Source: an uncultured delta proteobacterium (GTDB taxonomy: Bacteria > Desulfobacterota > Binatia > Binatales > Binataceae). Taken from it: a stretch of DNA of 64,000 nt. The notes below the pieces were generated by a model. It had not been told where the DNA came from, did no database searches, and saw only the letters and a list, made by a program, of their open reading frames with translations. Within the stretch, counting starts at the first letter, position 1. The number at the start of each line of letters is the position of its first letter. Below are positions 59,001 to 64,000 of this stretch, one piece after another. The translations under genes and the position numbers were made by a program. The stretch covers positions 128,001-192,000 of the forward strand of contig CAVQEQ010000001.1 in assembly GCA_963711565.1 (NCBI GenBank). The letters run 5' to 3'.

Positions 59001-59489
59001 GGTCTCGCGCGCCTTGTCCATACGGTCCGCCCGGAGCCATCGCGCTAGCTCGCCCGACAGGCATCCCGAGAGCACGATCAATCCGTCGGACAACTCGGCA
59101 AGGATTTCCTTGTCGATGCGAGGCTTGTAGTAGAGGCCGTCCTGGTACGCAGTCGTGAGCAGTCGGCAGAGATTGCGATAGCCGTCGCGATTCTGCGCGA
59201 GGACGATCAGGTGGAAGTTGCCACCGCCGTCGAAGTCGTCGCTGCGCGGGACTTGGGTGCGATCGGTGCGCTTGCCGGGCGCGAGATACACCTCGCATCC
59301 GATGATCGGCTTAACCCCGGCCGCTTTGGCCTTCTGATAAAACTCGACTGCGCCGAACATGTTGCCGTGATCGGTCATCGCGATCGCTTCCATCCCGGAC
59401 GCCTTGGCGTGATCGATCAGCGGGCCGATTTTGTTGGCGCCGTCGAGGAGGCTGTACTGCGTGTGGACGTGAAGATGGACGAAACTCAT
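56016..59489 (-). CDS. dnaE: DNA polymerase III alpha subunit
   Basis: HLHVHTQYSLLDG PHP domain, GRGS, MPDIDVDF, IKFDFL, YGFNRSHA and a C-terminal OB fold; true start at MSFVH. Confidence 0.97.
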   Translation of the reverse strand: MSFVHLHVHTQYSLLDGANKIGPLIDHAKASGMEAIAMTDHGNMFGAVEFYQKAKAAGVKPIIGCEVYLAPGKRTDRTQVPRSDDFDGGGNFHLIVLAQNRDGYRNLCRLLTTAYQDGLYYKPRIDKEILAELSDGLIVLSGCLSGELARWLRADRMDKARETAESYAKMFPGRYYLELQDNKLHSPYNEALREIGKQVGLPLVATNDCHYLHRDDAKAHEVLLCIQTGKTMADETRWRFDTDELYVKTPTEMATAFGADSEEVRNSVEIARRIDFEFEFGKFHFPVYKSGPGVDLDAEMETRARDGLTARLAEIRARRADVDESQYQDRIDREIPVIRDMGFAGYMLIVADFIGYARGLGIPVGPGRGSVVGSLVSYALGITEVDPVEHRLLFERWLNPGRKSMPDIDVDFCFERRDEVLEYVRKKYGDDRVAQIITFGTIKGKQAIRDVGRVLGLSFAETDKIVKLYPAPKQGRDFPLADALDMEPRLKAERKLHPDLFNYAFKLEGLLRHASRHAAGVVISDQPLTDLVPLYVDKERDEAALSITQYSMKGVEEIGLIKFDFLALKNLTLITDTLTLIKAGGKEAPDLNRLRLDDADTYKMLSRGDTVGVFQLESSGMRRFIGELKPTCFDDVIAAGSLFRPGPLDSIQDGKTMVQHYVDRKHGKEPVEYDHPLLEPVLRETYGVIVYQEQVMRAAQALAGYSLEQADILRYAMGKKNKAVMEKERAGFIDGAKKNGVNAALATSIFEKIETFASYGFNRSHAAAYALTTYTTGYLKAHYPHEFMAALMSLDMDDVDKTYKNIAALRDMKIAILPPDVNQSRVKFTVTDGAIRFGLAAIRGVGSKPGEAIVAEREANGPFESMADFCMRVGTQLISRRVLDALIKCGAFDSVSAVRAALMAEAEQAIKLAQKAQSDAEKNQIGLFGGAVKVPKLAAREPIPEWDAREKLKFEKEALGFYITAHPLDKYERELARISKVTTADLSSAPDGSPVQIAGVIHAVKLKNNKSGKRYATFSLEDREGAVEAIAWSETYQKFEAIIMGDEPVVARGKLDVDDERAQIILESLVPLDSALLDSIREVRISAPISRLENGGLDALKAMLSRYRGKSMTYLHLALNDGREAVMLLGDSYRVTPTETFVAELERIFAPGSVELR

Positions 59490-59610
59490 AGCGGCCCCTC
59501 CCCTGCACCGGACTTGCAACTCGCGCTGCACGCCCGTTCCCCTCACATCTGAACAGCTCGCGCGCGTCGCGGATCGTTTCGCGACGCGCGCGAGCGAGAC
59601 ACTGAAAAAA

Positions 59611-60345
59611 CTACTTCTTCTTTTCGGCGGCCTCGGGCTTCTTGGCAGCCTTGTCCTTGTCGCCGCCTTCTTTGGCCGCCGCCGCACCCTCGGCAGGAGC
59701 AGCCGCCGCGCCTTCCGCCGGCGCAGCACCTTCGACCGGCGCACCTTCGACCGCTTCCGGCGTAGCCGCAACCGCGACTTCCGCAACGGTCGGCGGCAGC
59801 ACGGTAACGACTGGATAGTCGGTATCGAAAATCGCCTTCACCTTATCGGGGAACTTCACCGCCGAGACGTGGATGACGTCGTGGATGTCGATCTCGGAAA
59901 CGTCAACCTCGATCAAGTCGGGAATTTCCAGCGGCAGGCATTCGACGGTCGCGGTGCGCTCGAGCGGCGCGAGGATTCCGCCGTTGGCGACGCCCTTGGC
60001 TTTGCCGGTGAACTTGAACGGCACCTCGACGCGAATGGCGCGGTTAAGATCCACCTCGTACAGGTCGGCGTGCAGGATTTCGCCCGACACAGGAGTGCGC
60101 TGCACGTCCTTGAGGATCACGTGCTTGCCGTCGAGCTCCGCGGTGCTCGACTTGAGCTTGATGATGCGGGTGTGGGCGGCGGCTGAAATCCTGGCCTTCA
60201 GCTCAAGGCGATCGATCGCCAGCGCCAGGGGCGCAGTGGTGGGTCCGTACAATATCGCGGGCACGCGGCCGCTCCGCCGCAGCGCGTTGTTCTGACCCTT
60301 GGGTCGGGTCGCACGTTTCTCGCAGGCTAATTCACCGGTCTCCAT
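59611..60345 (-). CDS. rplY: 50S ribosomal protein L25 / Ctc
   Basis: LRRSGRVPAILYG, ILHADLY and an Ala/Glu/Lys-rich tail. Confidence 0.95.
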   Translation of the reverse strand: METGELACEKRATRPKGQNNALRRSGRVPAILYGPTTAPLALAIDRLELKARISAAAHTRIIKLKSSTAELDGKHVILKDVQRTPVSGEILHADLYEVDLNRAIRVEVPFKFTGKAKGVANGGILAPLERTATVECLPLEIPDLIEVDVSEIDIHDVIHVSAVKFPDKVKAIFDTDYPVVTVLPPTVAEVAVAATPEAVEGAPVEGAAPAEGAAAAPAEGAAAAKEGGDKDKAAKKPEAAEKKK

Positions 60346-60372
60346 TGTTTCCTCGCTTGATAGTTGGCGCGC

Positions 60373-61332
60373 TCAGGCAAAGAGCGAGCTAACCGACTCC
60401 TCATTATGAATTCGCTTCATCGCTTCCGCCAGCAGGCTCGCGACCGACAGGCCGTGCAGCTTCGTGAGCTCGGCCTGGGCCTTGGCGCGGAGCGGAATCG
60501 TGTTGGTCGTAACGATTTCCGTGATGTTCGATTTGTTCAGGCGATCGCACGCCGGGTCCGACAGAATCGGATGCGTGGCGACGGCGATCACTTCGGTCGC
60601 GCCCGCGTTGGCGACGACCTTGGCCGCCTCGGTGATCGTGCCGGCGGTATCGATCATGTCGTCAACCAGCAGCGCGATCGAGTCCCTCACTTCGCCAACC
60701 AGTTGCATCTCGGCGACTTCGCTCGCGCGGCGGCGGCGCTTGTCGATAATCGCGAGGTTCGCGTTGAGCCGGCGGGCATACGCGCGCGCGCGTTCAACAC
60801 CTCCCGCATCGGGCGACACGACAGACACCTTCTGCCCGTCGATTCGCTTGCGCAGGTAGGTGATCAGCACCGGCATCGCGTAGAGATTGTCAACCGGGAT
60901 GTTGAAGAAGCCCTGAATCTGGCCGGCGTGGAGATCCACCGTCAGCACGCGATTGACGCCCGCGGTCGTGATCAGGTCGGCGACGACCTTGGCGCTGATC
61001 GGCACGCGCGGCGCGACCTTGCGATCCTGGCGCGAATAGCCGAAATACGGAATCACCGCCGTGATACGCCCGGCCGACGCACGCCGGAGGGCGTCGGTGA
61101 GCAGGATCAGCTCCATCAGGTTTTCGTTCGGAGGCGTGCAGATCGACTGAATGATGAAGCAATCGCCGCCGCGGACGTTCTCGCGGATTTCGATCATCAC
61201 TTCGCCGTCGGGAAAGCGGCCAACCTCGGCTTCACCCATCTTCACGCCAAGGTGCTCCGTGACCTCGCGCGCGAGCGCGGGGTTGGAGTTCCCGGTGAAA
61301 ACTTCGAGTTGGTCCTTGACCCTGTCCGACAT
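60373..61332 (-). CDS. prs: Ribose-phosphate pyrophosphokinase
   Basis: [29 protein letters not shown] and [10 protein letters not shown]. Confidence 0.97.
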   Translation of the reverse strand: MSDRVKDQLEVFTGNSNPALAREVTEHLGVKMGEAEVGRFPDGEVMIEIRENVRGGDCFIIQSICTPPNENLMELILLTDALRRASAGRITAVIPYFGYSRQDRKVAPRVPISAKVVADLITTAGVNRVLTVDLHAGQIQGFFNIPVDNLYAMPVLITYLRKRIDGQKVSVVSPDAGGVERARAYARRLNANLAIIDKRRRRASEVAEMQLVGEVRDSIALLVDDMIDTAGTITEAAKVVANAGATEVIAVATHPILSDPACDRLNKSNITEIVTTNTIPLRAKAQAELTKLHGLSVASLLAEAMKRIHNEESVSSLFA

Positions 61333-61396
61333 TTCAATTTCCTCGCGTCGCGATCGTCATGCGATTCTTCAGTTGTCGCCGATCGCTGTCAAAGCC

Positions 61397-61472
61397 TGGC
61401 TGGGCGGGAAGGATTCGAACCTTCGAATGCCAGGTCCAAAGCCTGGTGCCTTACCAGCTTGGCGACCGCCCA
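61397..61472 (-). tRNA. tRNA-Gln(TTG)
   Basis: TGGGCGG...CCAGG-CTTTGGA-CCTGG...GGTTCGAATCC...CCGCCCAGCCA, in the canonical ispE-tRNAGln-prs order. Confidence 0.96.
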
Positions 61473-61744
61473 GCGCATTTCGATTCAAAGGCTCAGCGCC
61501 CGCGCATCTCCCTATCGACATCGTCAAAACTGACAGCCGGCGAAACACCACTCGGGCGCTCAGCCGGCGAATCGAGCAAACCAATCTTTACGGACCGACC
61601 GTCGCGATACTGTGCGGCACAATGTCGCGGCGAACCTGCCCGGACTTTTGACTTTAGCAGCCTGGATGCAGGAAATGCGATGTTATTGATGCGGTTTTTC
61701 GCTGTCAATGCGTGGCGAGCGGAGCAATGCACAGACTGTGGATT

Positions 61745-62638
61745 TCAGGCCAATTCGTCGTCGGATTCGTCGTTGAGCGTGGTCGCGGCGAGCACTGTCG
61801 CGAATGGCGCACGCTTGCGGATCTTTATTGCCGCTCCGGCGGCCTCGTCGAGCGAATCGAACACGCCAAAGACCGCGCCGCCGCTGCCGGACATCTGCGC
61901 GGCGCGCGCGCCTGAATCTTCAAGTAATCCTTTAAGACGACGAATCTCCGGAAACCGCGCAATCGCGACCGCCGCCAGGTCGTTTACCATCACGTCCGCC
62001 GAGATGTCGCCGCGCAGGATGGATGCGATGTGATCGGCGGGCGCCGCGCCGCTCCATGCGGTGGGTTCGAGCGCGCGAAAGATCGCGGCGGTCGAAACTT
62101 CGAACGGCGGCACGGCGATGACGATTGGGATAACAGGCACTCCTTCGATGGCCGCGATTCGCTCGCCGATACCCGTCACGCGCGAGGGTTGCGGGTCGAG
62201 AAAAAATGGCACGTCGGCGCCAAGCGACAGCGCGAGCCGGCGCAGGCGGCCGGCCGATTCGTCGTCGGTGAGCCGCGCCGCGGCCGCCATCATGCACAAG
62301 GTCGTGGCGGCGTCGCTCGAGCCGCCGCCGAGTCCGGCGCCGACCGGGATGCGCTTTTCGAGTCCGATCGACACGTCCGCGACGAGATCGAATTCTTTCA
62401 TGAACGAGTGCGCGGCGCGCGCTGCAAGGTTGTTCCTGCTCCTTGCGAGTTCGGGCAGATTGCAGTTGACGGTAACCGCGGATTCGTTGGCGGCGCGAAT
62501 CTCGAGGCGGATTTCGTCGGCGAGCGAGATCGGCAGGAAGACCGAGTCGAGTTCGTGATAGCCGTCGCCGCGGCGTCCGGTCACGCGCAGGAACAAATTA
62601 ATTTTCGCGCATGCGCGCCCGGTCAGCTCCGTTACCAT
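61745..62638 (-). CDS. ispE: 4-diphosphocytidyl-2-C-methyl-D-erythritol kinase
   Basis: AKINLFL, GYHEL, GAGLGGGSSDAA, GADVPFF and MSGSG. Confidence 0.96.
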   Translation of the reverse strand: MVTELTGRACAKINLFLRVTGRRGDGYHELDSVFLPISLADEIRLEIRAANESAVTVNCNLPELARSRNNLAARAAHSFMKEFDLVADVSIGLEKRIPVGAGLGGGSSDAATTLCMMAAAARLTDDESAGRLRRLALSLGADVPFFLDPQPSRVTGIGERIAAIEGVPVIPIVIAVPPFEVSTAAIFRALEPTAWSGAAPADHIASILRGDISADVMVNDLAAVAIARFPEIRRLKGLLEDSGARAAQMSGSGGAVFGVFDSLDEAAGAAIKIRKRAPFATVLAATTLNDESDDELA

Positions 62639-62648
62639 TGTGAAGATT

Positions 62649-63056
62649 CTACTGAGGAGTGCGCGGCGTGCCGGGCAATCCGCGAAACGCGCGGCGCGCA
62701 TCATTCTGAATCACGCTGATGAAGCCGAGCAGCGTGACCAGCAGCCCGAACAACACCATCGCGCGACCGGCGAGGAATGCGGCGTGATAAAAATCCATGC
62801 GCGCTGTCGCGTACGACGCCTGGCGCTGTTCGACCGTGAGCGGTTCGAGGACTGCGTCGTCGCCCGCGCTCTCATCGAGCTCGTCGAAACTGCGATAGTC
62901 GGTCGCGGCGGCGGCGGAATGCTGCTGGTGCGCGACGATGAGGCGGCTGTAAATCTGAGTACGTTCCACACCGATGATCCAGTTGGCGGCGCCGAGCATG
63001 ATTAGTCCGAGGCCGATTACAATCTTCCAGTCGGTATATATGTCAGGAAGCTTCAT
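62649..63056 (-). CDS. Hypothetical two-TM membrane protein
   Basis: 135 aa with two hydrophobic helices; AAGGA RBS; co-oriented upstream of ispE. Confidence 0.7.
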   Translation of the reverse strand: MKLPDIYTDWKIVIGLGLIMLGAANWIIGVERTQIYSRLIVAHQQHSAAAATDYRSFDELDESAGDDAVLEPLTVEQRQASYATARMDFYHAAFLAGRAMVLFGLLVTLLGFISVIQNDARRAFRGLPGTPRTPQ

Positions 63057-63181
63057 TCCTTGAATCGAGACTAAGGCGCTGGTGGAGGGAAAACAATGCC
63101 GCGCCGCGCGATCTATTCACCGGGCGGATGTTTTGTTGCGCCATTCGATCGCCAGCCGCTATCATGATTCGACAACTTCGT

Positions 63182-64000
63182 ATGCCAGTTGAATTTCGAC
63201 ATCATGCGGCCGAGTCCGCCGCGAATCCTAATGCCAAAGATGCGCGGCGGGACGCGCTGCTCAAGCGTTTCGACGCGGGCGAGATGCGCGCGCTGGCCCA
63301 GTTGATCACGATGGTCGAGAACCGCGCGCCTGAATCGAGCGCGATCATCGAGCGAATCTACGCGAAGACCGGTCGCGCGCAGGTGGTCGGAATCACTGGG
63401 CCGCCGGGGGCTGGAAAATCGACGCTCGTGAACCGGCTGATCGCGAAGTATCGGGCGATTGGGAAAAAAATCGCCATCCTCGCGATCGATCCGTCGAGTC
63501 CGTTTTCCGGCGGCGCCGTGCTTGGCGATCGCGTCCGCATGACCGACCATTACAAGGACGCCGGCGTGTACATCCGCAGCCTCGCGTCGCGCGGGAGCCA
63601 CGGCGGACTCAGCCGCGCCGCGCGCGAAATCGTCAAGCTGCTCGACGCTTACGGCTCCGACGTGATCATTATCGAGACCGTCGGCGTGGGACAGACCGAG
63701 CTTTCGATCATGGACCTGGCCGACACCACCGTCGTCGTTACGGTGCCCGAGGCGGGCGACGGTGTGCAGGTGATGAAGGCCGGGCTGAACGAAATCGCGG
63801 ACGTGTTCGTCGTCAACAAGGCCGACCGCGAGGGCGCGGACCGGGTCAAGGCCGAGCTGGAGCTGAGTGTGCATCTGCGCTCCGGCGACGGATGGCGCGC
63901 GCCGGTGCTGCTGACGCAGGCCGCGGTGGACAAGGGCGTCGACGCGGTGGTCGAGGCGATCGGGAAGCATCGCGAGTACTTGCGCGAGCACGTCGATGCG
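63182..64000 (+). CDS. meaB: Methylmalonyl-CoA mutase-associated GTPase (partial, runs off the window)
   Basis: Manual translation: LAQLITMVEN, GITGPPGAGKST, DPSSPFSGGAVLGDRVRM, IETVGVGQ and VNKAD; start uncertain. Confidence 0.92.
   Translation, partial: MPVEFRHHAAESAANPNAKDARRDALLKRFDAGEMRALAQLITMVENRAPESSAIIERIYAKTGRAQVVGITGPPGAGKSTLVNRLIAKYRAIGKKIAILAIDPSSPFSGGAVLGDRVRMTDHYKDAGVYIRSLASRGSHGGLSRAAREIVKLLDAYGSDVIIIETVGVGQTELSIMDLADTTVVVTVPEAGDGVQVMKAGLNEIADVFVVNKADREGADRVKAELELSVHLRSGDGWRAPVLLTQAAVDKGVDAVVEAIGKHREYLREHVDA

Noticed and set aside
59690-59765. Short repeats at the rplY 3' end
   Set aside because: They encode the ordinary low-complexity PAEGAA tail of Ctc-type L25.
59490-59786. 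Arg-rich 99-aa N-terminal extension of dnaE in the ORF track
   Set aside because: It overlaps rplY; the real start is ATG 59489 (MSFVHLHVH) with a purine-rich RBS.
50181-63991. Long antisense or alternate-frame ORFs (e.g. 50181-51578, 56142-57542, 56938-58302, 60364-61533, 63113-63991)
   Set aside because: They are shadows of GC-rich genes with clear motifs in another frame and have no recognisable domains.

Overview
GC-rich bacterial chromosomal window. Its gene content (many amidohydrolases, BVMOs, a P450, CoA-transferases and MBL hydrolases) resembles soil Binatota/Deltaproteobacteria-like genomes, which is my inference. About 1-49 kb is accessory metabolic DNA and about 49-64 kb is core housekeeping (tadA, hflX, dnaE, rplY, prs, tRNA-Gln, ispE, meaB). 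Main points of interest: (1) an intact 3.8-kb IS1595-family element (23-bp perfect TIRs, 8-bp TSD) carrying a translationally coupled four-gene passenger operon, made of a COMMD-like protein, a helical unknown protein, a papain-like Cys/His protein and a 52-aa basic ORF missed by the ORF track; the element sits inside the terminal repeat of a small IS1-like remnant. (2) An uncharacterised isoprenoid-type cluster (FAD oxidoreductase, unknown protein, polyprenyl synthase, 990-aa tandem acetoacetate-decarboxylase-like protein) next to a STAND ATPase and an HpnA-like reductase. (3) A decayed integrase island at tRNA-Ser(CGA) that duplicates the promoter and 5' half of the tRNA rather than the usual 3' end. 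(4) A coupled PRTase + SLOG pair resembling DprA/PRTase defence modules. (5) hflX with an apparent CTG start codon. All family assignments come from motif recognition by eye; no database searches were run.
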